From: Chloropicon primus
Taxonomy: Eukaryota
Assembly (NCBI GenBank): GCA_023205875.1
Contig: CP060770.1
Coordinates: 310,001-374,000 of the forward strand
DNA: 64,000 nucleotides
Direction: 5' to 3'
Shown: positions 11,452-22,562 of the stretch, piece after piece
Layout of the letters: each line of letters starts with the position of its first letter
Position numbering within the stretch: position 1 is the first letter of the stretch
Program-made: the position numbers and the translations under genes
Notes under the pieces: generated by a model
Told to the model about the DNA's origin: nothing
The model's input: only the letters and a program-made list of their open reading frames with translations
Databases searched by the model: none

Positions 11452-14400
11452 TTATTCGTACTCAAGCTCCTGCAGCTCGAGGTCCATCAAGGCCATTTCC
11501 TTGATCAACTCCTTTCTTTCCTTCTCGTACTCCTCCTTCTCGGTCATGACCTTCTTTCCCTCGTCTCTGCTGCTTGGCCTCTCCTTCTCCAGCTTCATCT
11601 TCAGTGCAATCTCCCCCCGCTTCGTGGAGTCGGCGCCAAAGATGGATAGGACGTTATCAATCTTGCTCTTCTCTGCCTCTGCAAGCTCCTCTCGGATTCG
11701 GACTTGGCTAGAGATGTACTTCTCTTCCAGCTCACGCTTCATTTCCGAGCGTTTCTGATCGATAAGCGCAAGTCTCGCAGCCCTCTCCTCCTGGAGGCGG
11801 GCCCACATCTCCTCTTCGGCATCCTTGATCAACTGCTGAGTCTCCTCGTGCATCTTTCTTCGGTTCGCCTCGAGCTCTATCTGGACTCTCCTCTGGTTGT
11901 CTTCGAGCTGGGCCTCCATCTTCTTCTTCAGCTTGGACTCTGCCCTCTGCCTCTCGAGCTGCCTCTGCTTGTACACGTTACGTCCATGAGAATGCAGCCT
12001 CTCGCCCAAAAGATCGAAGTAGGCCTCGATGTCCGCGAGTTGGTTGTCCACAAAGGCGTCATACTTGAGCTCAATCTCGTTGAACTTGCGCTGCTTGCTC
12101 TCCCTCTCCAACTTCCTCTTCTTGAGGTCAAACTCTGCTTCCATGATCCGGTCCCTGCCACGTTGGCGGCTGACCTTATCCACTCCAAGCAAATCCCTCT
12201 CCAGCGTCTCGCGAGCAATCCTCACCTCGTCTTGAAGCTCGAGCTTGTTCTCCTCGAGCTGGGCCTTCTGCTTCTCTACAAAGTCGTCGAATTCCTTCTG
12301 CTCACGCTCGGCTAACTTTTCGTTCTCAACTTGCATCCTCTGGAGCTTCTCATCAGCGGCCAGCTTGGAAGACTCCAGCGCAAGGTTGAGCTGAGACTCG
12401 TAGTCAGCCCGCTCCTTGACCAACACCTCAGTGTGCTCCTGCACCTCCTTGGCGATTCTCTGGGTGAGGCGCTCAAGGAGGTTCACACATCGTTTCTGAT
12501 TGAGGTCACAGTCCGCGTTCTTTGCCTCTGCAGTCTCTCTCTGCTTCTTGGCATTCTCCAAAACCTTTTCCTTCTCGGTGATTACGCGCTCCTGCTGGTG
12601 CTTTGAGTTCTTCGACTCTCTCGCACTCTCATTGAGCTTCTCAACCAACACTTCCAGATCCCTCTCCTGGCGGTACCTCACCTGGTTCTCGTCCTTGGCC
12701 TTCTGCTCATTGGCCTCAAGCTCTGCGTGGGCCGCTACCTCCTCCTCCTCCAAGTCTGCGAAGTAGCCGTCGTACTCGAGCTTCAGCTGCTTCTCCTCTG
12801 AGTCTAACTCGGCGTGGAGATCCACCTTCTCCTGCTCACAGGCCTCGAGGAATCGCCTCCACCTCTCGTGCTGCAGCACTCTGCGGTGCTCTCGTGTCTG
12901 CTGAGCCTTGGCCGCATCGGCTCTGTGCTGCTCAGACATTTTGAAGGCCTCCTCCGCATCGCGTTTGAGGCCCTTCACCTCCTCACTTGTGCAGTCCGCC
13001 TCGTGGTCCATCTGGGCACTTGCTATCGCACTCTTCGCCTGCTCCCTGGCCAGCGAGCACTGCTTCTCGAAATCAACAGAATACTCTTGCCACTTCTGTT
13101 CCACGTCCTCCTTTTTGACTTCCATCTCCTTCAAGTCACCCTCCCGGTGGACCTCTGCAGCTTTCATCTTCCTTTCGTACTCGGCCTGCTCGCTCAGAAT
13201 CCTCTCTTCGTTCGCCGCAAGGTTGTTGTGGAAGAAAGGCAGCTTCTGCTCGGTCTTTTCCTTCAACTCCGCGTTCTCCCTCATCGCGTCCTTGCGGATG
13301 TTGTACACATTATTGATCTTGGAGTGCAAGGATTCCAGGAGATCAACGCTTGCCTGCTCGTCCACCTTACGCTGATCTTCCATCTGGGACATGACGTGGT
13401 CTTGCTCCCCAATGCTTTCGGCGAGGGACTCGATGTGCTGCTCCCTCCTTTCCCTCTCTTCAACCATTTTTTGGTTGAACGCAACCAGGTCTACGCGTTT
13501 CCTCGCCAAGTGCTCTCTCGCGTCGACCATGTCCCTCTCGCACTGCTCGTGATCCTCCCTCTCGCTCACTTGGAGCTGGTCCTTCTTCTGCGCAAAGTGC
13601 TCCTCAGTCTCCTTCTCCAGTATCTGGACTCTTCTCAAGTCAGCCAAGGCCTCCTTTTCGGCGGAACTCCACCCGGAGCTCTGCTCGTTCGAGTACTCCC
13701 TCAAGTGGGTAAGGGAAGGAAGGCAAGCCTCGCTCAAGTCATGCAGCATGTCATGGCACTTGGCATGCTTGGTGATGTAAGCCTTCCTCGAGGCGTGGAG
13801 CCTCTCCCGCCTCTGGGCCACCATCTTCAGCTTCGTTTCCTTCTCATCTTCCAGCTCCTCCATTTGGATGCCCAGCATCTCATTCAGGGCCGAGATCCTC
13901 AACCGCTTCTGCCTGTCAATCCTTCGCTCGACGCGGTTCACATGCTCCTCGTCCAAGAGGCACTCCTCCTCCTTGGCTTTGATCTCGACGAGCAGACGCA
14001 GCTTGCGTCGGGAAAGCTCAGAGTACCTTCCTCCCTGGTTCAAGCAGTCGTTCAGCGAAGGCGGTGCTTCGGCAATGATGTCAATCTCTCGGAGCACAGG
14101 GTCTTCCTCTGACAGCCTTTCGATCTCCCGGGTGAAGGACAGGGGGTCCTCCTCATCGGCCACGGGTCCCTCCTCCTTGCCGGGGGTGCTCTCTGGCATC
14201 GTGCCCTCCTGGGAACCCTCCGCAACAACCGCTTCCTCGTCAACCTCTCCCCTCGGTCCCTCTTCTGCGATTGTGGTCAAAGGCAAAGACTTGGCACCAG
14301 ACTTATAAAACTCTTTCAGCTGTTCGCACAAGTCTGCCGCGGCGTGGTGCTCTGCGTTGACTGGTCCGTGGTTTCCTGTCACCTCGGAGGCTGGGACAGT

Positions 14401-16821
14401 GCCCGCGCTTTCGTCCTCTGGCTGGGCGCCCGGAGGAGCCTTGCGGGGGCTCATGATCTGGTCCGTTGTCCTTGGACGCAAGAACTTGATCTGCTGGTCT
14501 GACAGAGAGGTCGCTTTCCTCTCCCCTGCGAGGCGCTCCTTTTCCATAATCTCTTTCATCTCGTGATCAATCTCCTGAACTTCCTTCTTCCTCATCGCAA
14601 TCTCCCTCTGCACAAGTTGGTACTTGCTCTGCTGCTCAGCCTTGGCGTGGCTCACCGTCTGGTTCAGCCGCCCAAGTTCCTGATCCAAGGCTTTCCTCGC
14701 CGCATCTTCGGCCTTCTTCAGGCCCTCCTCCTTCATCCTCATCTTTTCCTCCAGGCTCTGCTGCTCCCTCTTGTTCGTGAGCAAGGCAAGCTCCCACTCC
14801 TTCTCAATCGAGTCCCTCTCGTTCTCACTCGACTTCTGGCACTGTGAGACCAAACCTTCGAAGTCTTCCACAACAGTCATGAGGTCATCAATCCTGTTCG
14901 CCTCGTGCGCGTGGAACTGCTCCAGGTCTTTCAGCGTCAGCTCACACGCATGCTTCTCGATGGAGATGTTGTTCATCTCCTCTTTCTCAAGCGATGCCAT
15001 CTCGCCGCGCATCACGCCATACTTGCTGTCCACAGCAGCATGCTTCTCCTTGATGAGCTTCTCAATCTTTTCTTGAGAATCGTCAATGTCCTTGGACCTC
15101 GCGAGGTTCTCTTCCTCCGAAGCCTTCTCGAAGCTCGCAAGGTCATCCACCTTGCCCTGCCTCTCGTCCTGCGTCTTCTGCTTCCCCTCTTTCGCCTCCT
15201 CCATGGCCTTGTCATGAGCTTCCTTGGCCATCTTCTCGCTCTCGACCGCTTCCTCGATGGCGTTGCGCAGCGGGACCAAGTCCTCCTCCTGCTCACGCAG
15301 GTACCGCTCCCCCTCCCGCTCGCAGTGGCTGATGGTCTCGTTGGCCTCCTTGATCGCGCCCCGCAGGTCTTCATTCTCCTTGTCCACTTCATCCTGTGCT
15401 TCCTTCCAGTGACTCTCCGCCTCCTTGCGCATCGTCTGTCTCTGCTCCATGACCAAGGCCAAAAGCTTGGTGGTCTCCTCCGCAATGTTGGACAAGTCGT
15501 TGTCCCTCCTCGCTTTCTTCCTTTCCAGCTCGTCCTTGAGCTCCGAAAGCTTGGATTCTTCCTTCAAGTGAGCAGTCTTCACGGCAAGGTATCTCTTCTG
15601 CTCCGCGTCTTCCAACAACTTTTCTCGCTGCTTCTCGAGCGCGTCGTACTGTTGCATTTCGACCTCAGCCTGACTCCTTAGCCGATCAAGCCTCTCGCCG
15701 TCGGCTTGGTCCTCCTCCTCGAACTTCACCTTGTCATCCGTAACGCTCTGGACTTTGGCGTCAAGCGGGCGGATCGCTTCCACCCGCTTCTCCAATAGCT
15801 GCTCGAGCGATGTCTTCAGCTGGCTGTCGACCTCGAGCCGCCTCGTGCCTATCGCTTGGATCCAAGTCTCGTACTGCTCCCGGGACCACCGGACAGACTC
15901 CTCGAACGTTTTTTGCCTTTCTGTCCGGAAGTTGTTCACGTCATCCTCTGCTTTGCTTGCTTGCTGTTCCGCCTCCACGAGCCGCTCCGACTTTGCCGCG
16001 AGCATATCTCTGTTGGTGGCGAGGTCCTCCGTCGCCGCCTCGTGGCGCATCACCAGCTCAGCCAGAACTTCTTTGGCACCATTGGACGCCTTGTTGGCAT
16101 CCTGCAACTGCTCTTGGTGATACTCCCTCTCCTTCCTGTGGTTGTCGTCCCTCTCAAAGGTCTCCCTCTCCTGCTCCTCCACCTTGTTGGCGAGCTTCCG
16201 CGCGTTCTCTTCCGCCAAAAGACCCAAAGCTTGAGTATCCTCAGCAACCATGGCTTCCACCTCGGCATCCCTCCTGTTCTTCTCCTTCTTGATCTTCATC
16301 CCATACGTCTCCACCTCAAACGTGAACTCCCTTTCCAAAGCTTGGACCTCCTTCTCCACCCTGGCCTGCTCTATCTCAAAGATGTTACGCGTACGCTTCT
16401 TCTCCAAGTCAACCCGATGGCTCTCATTGTTCTCATGCTCCATCTCATCGATCTTCTCCTGCTTCCGAGCAAGAAGCTCGCTCTCAAGCTCGAACTCTTC
16501 CTCTATCTCTCGATCCAGTTGCCTCTTCTTATGCTGTCTTGACTTGTGCAACACGTTGGCCAACCTTTGCAAAAGGGATTCTTTCAAAGGATGCAACGTC
16601 TTGGCTTCCTCTTGAAGCATCACCAAGTCACGCAAGAACTCATCACTCAACTCAATCTCTTGCTGCCATGTCTTGGCTTGACCTTTGAGCTCATTCACAT
16701 GCTTGTGCAAGTCCAAGGTCCTCACTTGTGTCACCAAGTCAATCGCACGTAGGACTCCTGGATGTTCCGGCAAGTCGGAAGTATCGAGGAGCTCCTCGAG
16801 GTCCACGACCTCTGCCGTCAT
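11452..16821 (-). CDS. Large E/K/R/Q-rich coiled-coil protein (1789 aa), function unknown
   Basis: Uninterrupted ORF with heptad-like composition and a central Pro/Gly/acidic linker. Confidence 0.85.
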   Translation of the reverse strand: MTAEVVDLEELLDTSDLPEHPGVLRAIDLVTQVRTLDLHKHVNELKGQAKTWQQEIELSDEFLRDLVMLQEEAKTLHPLKESLLQRLANVLHKSRQHKKRQLDREIEEEFELESELLARKQEKIDEMEHENNESHRVDLEKKRTRNIFEIEQARVEKEVQALEREFTFEVETYGMKIKKEKNRRDAEVEAMVAEDTQALGLLAEENARKLANKVEEQERETFERDDNHRKEREYHQEQLQDANKASNGAKEVLAELVMRHEAATEDLATNRDMLAAKSERLVEAEQQASKAEDDVNNFRTERQKTFEESVRWSREQYETWIQAIGTRRLEVDSQLKTSLEQLLEKRVEAIRPLDAKVQSVTDDKVKFEEEDQADGERLDRLRSQAEVEMQQYDALEKQREKLLEDAEQKRYLAVKTAHLKEESKLSELKDELERKKARRDNDLSNIAEETTKLLALVMEQRQTMRKEAESHWKEAQDEVDKENEDLRGAIKEANETISHCEREGERYLREQEEDLVPLRNAIEEAVESEKMAKEAHDKAMEEAKEGKQKTQDERQGKVDDLASFEKASEEENLARSKDIDDSQEKIEKLIKEKHAAVDSKYGVMRGEMASLEKEEMNNISIEKHACELTLKDLEQFHAHEANRIDDLMTVVEDFEGLVSQCQKSSENERDSIEKEWELALLTNKREQQSLEEKMRMKEEGLKKAEDAARKALDQELGRLNQTVSHAKAEQQSKYQLVQREIAMRKKEVQEIDHEMKEIMEKERLAGERKATSLSDQQIKFLRPRTTDQIMSPRKAPPGAQPEDESAGTVPASEVTGNHGPVNAEHHAAADLCEQLKEFYKSGAKSLPLTTIAEEGPRGEVDEEAVVAEGSQEGTMPESTPGKEEGPVADEEDPLSFTREIERLSEEDPVLREIDIIAEAPPSLNDCLNQGGRYSELSRRKLRLLVEIKAKEEECLLDEEHVNRVERRIDRQKRLRISALNEMLGIQMEELEDEKETKLKMVAQRRERLHASRKAYITKHAKCHDMLHDLSEACLPSLTHLREYSNEQSSGWSSAEKEALADLRRVQILEKETEEHFAQKKDQLQVSEREDHEQCERDMVDAREHLARKRVDLVAFNQKMVEERERREQHIESLAESIGEQDHVMSQMEDQRKVDEQASVDLLESLHSKINNVYNIRKDAMRENAELKEKTEQKLPFFHNNLAANEERILSEQAEYERKMKAAEVHREGDLKEMEVKKEDVEQKWQEYSVDFEKQCSLAREQAKSAIASAQMDHEADCTSEEVKGLKRDAEEAFKMSEQHRADAAKAQQTREHRRVLQHERWRRFLEACEQEKVDLHAELDSEEKQLKLEYDGYFADLEEEEVAAHAELEANEQKAKDENQVRYRQERDLEVLVEKLNESARESKNSKHQQERVITEKEKVLENAKKQRETAEAKNADCDLNQKRCVNLLERLTQRIAKEVQEHTEVLVKERADYESQLNLALESSKLAADEKLQRMQVENEKLAEREQKEFDDFVEKQKAQLEENKLELQDEVRIARETLERDLLGVDKVSRQRGRDRIMEAEFDLKKRKLERESKQRKFNEIELKYDAFVDNQLADIEAYFDLLGERLHSHGRNVYKQRQLERQRAESKLKKKMEAQLEDNQRRVQIELEANRRKMHEETQQLIKDAEEEMWARLQEERAARLALIDQKRSEMKRELEEKYISSQVRIREELAEAEKSKIDNVLSIFGADSTKRGEIALKMKLEKERPSSRDEGKKVMTEKEEYEKERKELIKEMALMDLELQELEYE

Positions 16822-16905
16822 GGTGATCCACCTTTAACCTCCTCCCTCCTTGGCTTGGTGTCTCCTCCCTTGGGTGCGGAGTCAAGCTTTGGTTTCGCTC
16901 TGTCC

Positions 16906-17203
16906 GCTTCCCCCTCCAACGGACCAGTCAGTCAATCCAAAAAATAGAAATCAAAAATCGAGGGGAAGGAGGGAGGAGAGAGGAGAGAGGAGAGAGGAGG
17001 GAAGGGGCATGATGGATGGATGGATGGATGCATTAGTATTATCTCTTGGTCTTGCTCTTGGTTTGTCTCCTCCTGTCGCTCTGGGAAGCTTCCCCCTCCA
17101 ACGAACCAGTCAGTCAATCCAAAAAATAGAAATCAAGAATCGAAGGGAAGGAGGGAGGAGAGAGGAGGGAAGGGGCATGATGGATGGATGGATGGATCGC
17201 ATC
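16906..17203. repeat. Imperfect tandem duplication, period ~182 bp, upstream of the coiled-coil gene
   Basis: gcttccccctccaacg.accagtcagtcaatccaaaaaatagaaatcaa...ggggcatgatggatgg starts at 16906 and again at 17088. Confidence 0.9.
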
Positions 17204-17461
17204 GTCGCTCTCTCTCCTCGTTCTCAAGAGCAATCGCTCGCTTGAGGAAGAATGGCGATTGATGGAGGGTGGTGGAAGGGGGAGGAATCATGTGTGCGAA
17301 AAAGAGAAAGGAGGAGGAGCAATCAAATCGCTTATGCAGTACACATCACTATTGTATCTTGTTACTATCCATTCATCCATGGAAATAGAAATTGAAGCTC
17401 ATCGCGCGCTTCCCCGTTCCCCCCACCACCTTGTCCTCCCTCTCCCCCCCTCCGCGCAAAC

Positions 17462-19321
17462 CTATGACTCTGCTGCAGGCTTGTTTGGTGCTATGCTCAG
17501 ACCCTTGATGGCCCTCTCCCGGAAGACTGGCGCTTTTGCGGAAAGGTGCAGGGGGTAGAGGACAGCCTTGCTGGTGCGCTCTGGAATCATCCCGTGCCTC
17601 GTGGTCCTCTGCCCATAGTTGCCCGTGATGGAGTTTGGACTCGACATCGGTTTTCGAAAGTTTGGCGAGCCCCCCGAGTCACTCCCACCCCCCGAGTACC
17701 TCTTCTTGAGACTTTCCTGCTGCTTCTTCCTCGACGTGGCAATCGCGCTCTTTGAGTGCAGCCAGCTCACCGAATCAATCAGCTCGAGCTGACTCACCTC
17801 CAAGTTGTTATTGCTACTGGGGCTCGTCGTCGTGTCCTCTTCCTGGCCGCTTTCAGTGCTTCGGTGAGGCATGAAGATCCCGATCGACGGAGGTCCCGCG
17901 CTCGGGCTAGGCTTCGCATGATTGTTGTTGCTGTTCTTGTCCACTGGCGGCAAGCTCGGTGAAGAGTAGTTCGGCGATTTCGTGTGGGGCAGGCCATTCA
18001 TCCCTTTCTTGGGGCTCGGGCTCTTCGCGGGGCTCTTGATGGGACTCGATCCGCGAATGCCCAAGCTCCCTTGCGGCTTTTGAGGGCTTATGCCAGGCGA
18101 AGTCAAGATGGTGGTCGTGCCGTCTTTCGACACGTGTTTCACGATGAATGGCGCCTCGATCAAGGATTGGCCCCCCTTGCCCGACCTCACGTGGTTTTGA
18201 TTGATGTTCCCCTGAATGTGAGAGTTATCTCTGTAGCTGCTGAACTCCCCGTGGTGGTACGCCCTCTGGTGGTGGCTGAAAGCGTTGGCAATCCCGTTGC
18301 CCAGGTCGCCGTCTCCTCCCATGCCAATCCTCGTGGGGCTCCCGCTGTCGCTTTGGCTTTGGCTGTGCAAGCCACCGCTCCCTGTCTTCAAGCTAAGCAC
18401 GTCCACGTTCTTGTACGCGATGGGGTCCAAGAACGTGTCCTGTCCCTTGTCATTCGACTGTTGCTGCTGCTGCTGCTGCTGCAAAAGCTGCTCCAAAATC
18501 TGCTGCGAGTGTGGTGGACTCGTGCTGACCTGAGGCAAGCTGGGCTTCACCATGCTGACCGTATACTTTTCCGTGCTGGAGCTGGTCGTGAGCCCGTTGT
18601 CGTACAGTCTGCTCCTGGCGTTGCTCGCCGCTTTGGATTCCAGGGAGGTCTTGATCAGCTGCACTTGGTCCAGGTCCCCGGCGCCCGAGCTCAGCCAGTG
18701 GCAAGCGTTCTCCGTCGGATTATTTTGGTTCCAAGACTTGAGCGACAGCATGTTCGTTTTGGTCGTACTGAACCGACTTTTCTTGCTCACCAGAGTCTGC
18801 GTGGGCTTGAAGACCATCTCGATCTTGCTCGTGGCGACGCCTTGATCCTTGTCCTTCGAAGTCCGCACCGTGAAGGGCCCCAAGCCATCGTCGATTCGGA
18901 GGGTCTTCATCCCATTCGTCGTCAACAGCGGCCTCTTGCTGGAGATTTTCCTGCCCATGACGACCTTGCCGTTCCCAGCACCCTTGTCCGTCGTAGCGTT
19001 GCCCTTCTTGAAGTTTCCCCTCTTGCCCTCATCACCCTGCTTGTGCTCCTTGCCCTCTCTCCCAGCGCCCGTCTTGCCCTTCCCTTCGTTCACCTTGCGC
19101 TCATCCAGGTGCGTGCTCCCGTTCCAAGTCGGCTTCCCCTTCTCGCTGCTGAATCCGGGAAGGTACAGCTCGATCTGCGTGTTCTCCACCACCTTGACTG
19201 ACTTGGAGTTGTACAAGTCCCTGCGCTGAAACTTTTGCAGAGCCGCGTCTCTCTTCTCCAACGATTTTATGATCACGCTCAGCTTGTTCTTCCTGATGTC
19301 AGGAAGCTTCACTTTCACCAT
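17462..19321 (-). CDS. Hypothetical low-complexity, probably disordered protein (S/P/K/Q-rich)
   Basis: Long ORF; likely ATG at 19321 (MVKVKLPDIRK); no recognisable domain. Confidence 0.7.
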   Translation of the reverse strand: MVKVKLPDIRKNKLSVIIKSLEKRDAALQKFQRRDLYNSKSVKVVENTQIELYLPGFSSEKGKPTWNGSTHLDERKVNEGKGKTGAGREGKEHKQGDEGKRGNFKKGNATTDKGAGNGKVVMGRKISSKRPLLTTNGMKTLRIDDGLGPFTVRTSKDKDQGVATSKIEMVFKPTQTLVSKKSRFSTTKTNMLSLKSWNQNNPTENACHWLSSGAGDLDQVQLIKTSLESKAASNARSRLYDNGLTTSSSTEKYTVSMVKPSLPQVSTSPPHSQQILEQLLQQQQQQQQSNDKGQDTFLDPIAYKNVDVLSLKTGSGGLHSQSQSDSGSPTRIGMGGDGDLGNGIANAFSHHQRAYHHGEFSSYRDNSHIQGNINQNHVRSGKGGQSLIEAPFIVKHVSKDGTTTILTSPGISPQKPQGSLGIRGSSPIKSPAKSPSPKKGMNGLPHTKSPNYSSPSLPPVDKNSNNNHAKPSPSAGPPSIGIFMPHRSTESGQEEDTTTSPSSNNNLEVSQLELIDSVSWLHSKSAIATSRKKQQESLKKRYSGGGSDSGGSPNFRKPMSSPNSITGNYGQRTTRHGMIPERTSKAVLYPLHLSAKAPVFRERAIKGLSIAPNKPAAES

Positions 19322-19462
19322 CCTGTCAAGCCAAGGCAAGCCAAGACCAACCAAGAGCAACCAAGCCAAGCGTTACAAGAAGTCCCAGCAATCACTGAGG
19401 ACCATCGAGTTGTCAAAAAACACGACAAGACTCTTGCTCTGTGACAAAGGTGAAGCACATCC

Positions 19463-19499
<37 letters not shown>

Positions 19500-20622
19500 A
19501 AACTAATCACAGAAGGAGTCACACGGTGTCTCTCGAATGAAAATGGTCAACGGTGTCTCGTCTTGGCCCTTTCCACTGTCTCGGGGATCTCCCTCTGCAT
19601 GAAATCCGACGGACAAAACGTTCCACTCGAGCGTTGCTCTCGATGATGTTGCTCCTCTCTCTGTTCCAGAGCGAGTGCTCCCAAGCCTTTCTCGAGTTCC
19701 TCCCCAGAAGGTTGTTGTGGCCTATCGAGGAAGGCACGCGGGCCACCGCTCACCACGGGAAGCGTTACGGATCAACCAAAGAGCGTAACGCGCGCCCCAA
19801 AGATCCAATCTTTGGTCCCCTTCTCGCCAACACCGACTCTTCAGAGACCTTTGGGGTCGTCTAGCAACCTTTTGGGAAGCCAAACCAGGACCTCACGCGG
19901 GTGTCCCGGGGTCAAACTCCACAAGTGAGGGCACTCTGGAAAGCTCAAGAGACACAGATTCTTTCTAACCACTTGCCTCTTCCCTCTCCTCCCCTCTCAC
20001 AGGACTAATCCCTCACCAAAGTGTCTTAGGTCTCTTGCCTTGACCTATGGTTCTCATGGATTGTATCAATCAACGCCGACTCCTTTAGTTTCCCCCCCAA
20101 AGACCACTCATCAGTGTACACAACAGTACACTCACAACACGTGTGAACGTCTCCCAAAGAAACTCCAGAAACGAGCGGTTCACGACAGAGGCCAAGGGGA
20201 CTGGAGGAGAGCGTTTGCATCGGCAGATGTTTGTACACGAGTGAGGCCAAGGACGGTGGAGTGAGTGAGTTGTATCGAAAGATCGTCTCGAGATCTTTCT
20301 ATTGAACCCTTGATCTCCAAGTTTGGTGCGCTGTGGCGTCCTCGAGGACAAGATCTGTCGGCAGGACAAGGAATACGGTGCAGAGGCCTCTCCATCAAGG
20401 GCAAGGACAAGGTCTCTAAACGGCGTCGGAAAGCGTTACAAGTTGGATTGAACGAAGCGTTACGCCACAATCTTTCGATTCGTGACCCGCGTTCCGTGAT
20501 TTGACGTGCTGTGCGATTGAGGAGCGCTTTTTTGTGGGATTCGAACAAGGAGCAGGGGGATGTGGAAGGGCCGAGGATGTGGCGCGTGACGTGGTGACGT
20601 CGTTTAAGTGACTCTGAACCGG

Positions 20623-22422
20623 ATGGCGTTGATTTCATCGATGGGGATCGCCAAGGAGGTGCGAGGGATCTCATCTCCTGGCGTTTTGGGTTTGAGCTCG
20701 GGTCCGTGCTCCGTGAGCGGTCGGTGCCCGGCGAGGGGGGCCGTCGTCGTCGTCGCCGGCGGGCTCAGAAGGAGGAGCGGTGGAAGGGGGTTGCGCCCGG
20801 CGTTCTTGGCGCGAACTTCGAGAGTCTCTCTCGCCCTCGTCGTAGCCACCCTGGCGAGCGACGGAGACGAGAGCTCTCCCTCTTCCTCCGAGGCGTACGT
20901 TCGGGATCCGGAGGAGGTGTGCCTCGGGGGCACGGGCGCCGGTGCAGCGGGGGAGGAGCTGCTGTTGGCTCCTCGAGGGGTGAGCCGTGACCAGGGGGTC
21001 CCGGGAAGCGTGGCGAGCGATGTCATTGGCGTTGAACGGAGGGGCTTGGGCGCCGGGGGGGAGGAAGAAGACGACGAAGAAGACGAGTCTGGCAGCAACA
21101 ACCTCACGCTGTTCAGCGCAACGTGGATGAGCTTTCTCTGGAGCATGGGCAGCTTCATGGTGCTAAGCCTGCTGCCGGTCTACCTGAGGGAGCACCTCGG
21201 TTTCTCCCTGAAGCAGATAGGGGCCCTGGAGGGCATGGCGGTCGTGGCCTCCGCGCTGGCGAAGGGGTTGTCCGGGGTGCTGAGTGATCTCATAGGGTCG
21301 AGAAAACTCGTCTTGCTCTTTGGGTCGGCGATGACGATGGCGATCAAGCCGTTGTTCGCGCTGTCGCCTTTGATCCTCACGAGATGCGGGTCGAGCGTCG
21401 CTCTGGCGTCCGTCTCGAGCGGGAAAATCTTAGACAGGCTGGGGAAAGGCATCAGGGCCGCTCCGTTCGATGCGCTCATTTCGGACGTGTCGCCCGTTCA
21501 CAAGAGGGGAAGGGCGTACGGGCTGAACTACTCTGCTTCCACTTTTGGGGCCGTGTGCGGCTGTCTCGCGGCGAGCCTGCTCATGAAATGGACGGGGAAT
21601 TCTTACAGCATCTCCCTCGCCTTTGCGGTCTTCCCCCCACTGGTGGCGACCTTGATCTTGTGGAGGTTCGTCACCGAGGAGAGGAGCAAAGGCAGCAAAG
21701 GGCCCGCGGCGGAGCCGGGGTCTGGCGAGGGGGGTGCCGGGGCGCAAGGGGGCGGGGAAGAAACGATGCCTCGGAAGTTCATTTCCTTGCTGCAGGGGGT
21801 GAGGACCCTCCCCATGAGGTTCTGGCAGGCTCTGCTCATCGTCTGCGTCCTTTATCTGGCCCGCTTCTCCGAGAGCTTCATGACGATCAGGGCCAGAAGC
21901 ATCGGAATGAGCGTGAGCAAGCTGCCCTTGCTGCTGATCATTGACCAGCTGATGCAGTCGACCTTGACCTATCCGATGGGTGCTCTGGCGGACATTTTCG
22001 GACGAAAGTACTTGCTGCTTTTCGGATTTGGTTTCCTGATCTGCGCGAACGTCATCTTCATGACGAGCGCCTCGGCCATTGGAATGATATCAGGCTACTT
22101 CTTGGTTGGCTTGCATATGTCCATGACTCAGTGTAACCTCAAAGCGCTGCTGTCCACGACCATACCGAACAACATGAGGGGCTCCGCGTTTTCCATCGTT
22201 GGCCTGGCCACTGGGTCCTGCCTCTTCTTGGGGAACATAATGGCAGGCCAGCTCATGGACATCACCATATCGCATGGCAGGGGCCACATCGGCGCTTTCA
22301 TTTGGGGTCTGGTGGCCACCTGCCTCGCCACCTTCGCACTGATTTATCTCACATTCATTGACGACTGCGAGGAGTACGTGAAGCGGAGGGCCGGCAAAGG
22401 TGTCGCGGGGACGGGGAGTTGA
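20623..22422 (+). CDS. Major facilitator superfamily transporter with an N-terminal (transit-like) extension
   Basis: About 12 hydrophobic segments; motif A-like GVLSDLIGSRK and GALADIFGRK; DRLGKGIRAAPFDALI. Confidence 0.9.
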   Translation: MALISSMGIAKEVRGISSPGVLGLSSGPCSVSGRCPARGAVVVVAGGLRRRSGGRGLRPAFLARTSRVSLALVVATLASDGDESSPSSSEAYVRDPEEVCLGGTGAGAAGEELLLAPRGVSRDQGVPGSVASDVIGVERRGLGAGGEEEDDEEDESGSNNLTLFSATWMSFLWSMGSFMVLSLLPVYLREHLGFSLKQIGALEGMAVVASALAKGLSGVLSDLIGSRKLVLLFGSAMTMAIKPLFALSPLILTRCGSSVALASVSSGKILDRLGKGIRAAPFDALISDVSPVHKRGRAYGLNYSASTFGAVCGCLAASLLMKWTGNSYSISLAFAVFPPLVATLILWRFVTEERSKGSKGPAAEPGSGEGGAGAQGGGEETMPRKFISLLQGVRTLPMRFWQALLIVCVLYLARFSESFMTIRARSIGMSVSKLPLLLIIDQLMQSTLTYPMGALADIFGRKYLLLFGFGFLICANVIFMTSASAIGMISGYFLVGLHMSMTQCNLKALLSTTIPNNMRGSAFSIVGLATGSCLFLGNIMAGQLMDITISHGRGHIGAFIWGLVATCLATFALIYLTFIDDCEEYVKRRAGKGVAGTGS

Positions 22423-22562
22423 GCAAGGGGTGAAACGGTCGGGTCTCTCTCTCTCTCGCGCGCGTGCGCTGTTGGGAAGCTAATAAAATTCTTTCTTTTC
22501 TTCTTGTTCTGTTTTGTTGTTGTGATGTCAAAATCAACCTTAAAGAATGTCTTTCCCTGCTT

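Noticed and set aside
19462..19500. (CAA)n and other microsatellites such as (CT)n at 34296-34337, (CAAT)n at 26717-26755 and (GGT)n at 24403-24425
   Set aside because: Ordinary simple repeats, common in the UTRs and introns throughout this window.
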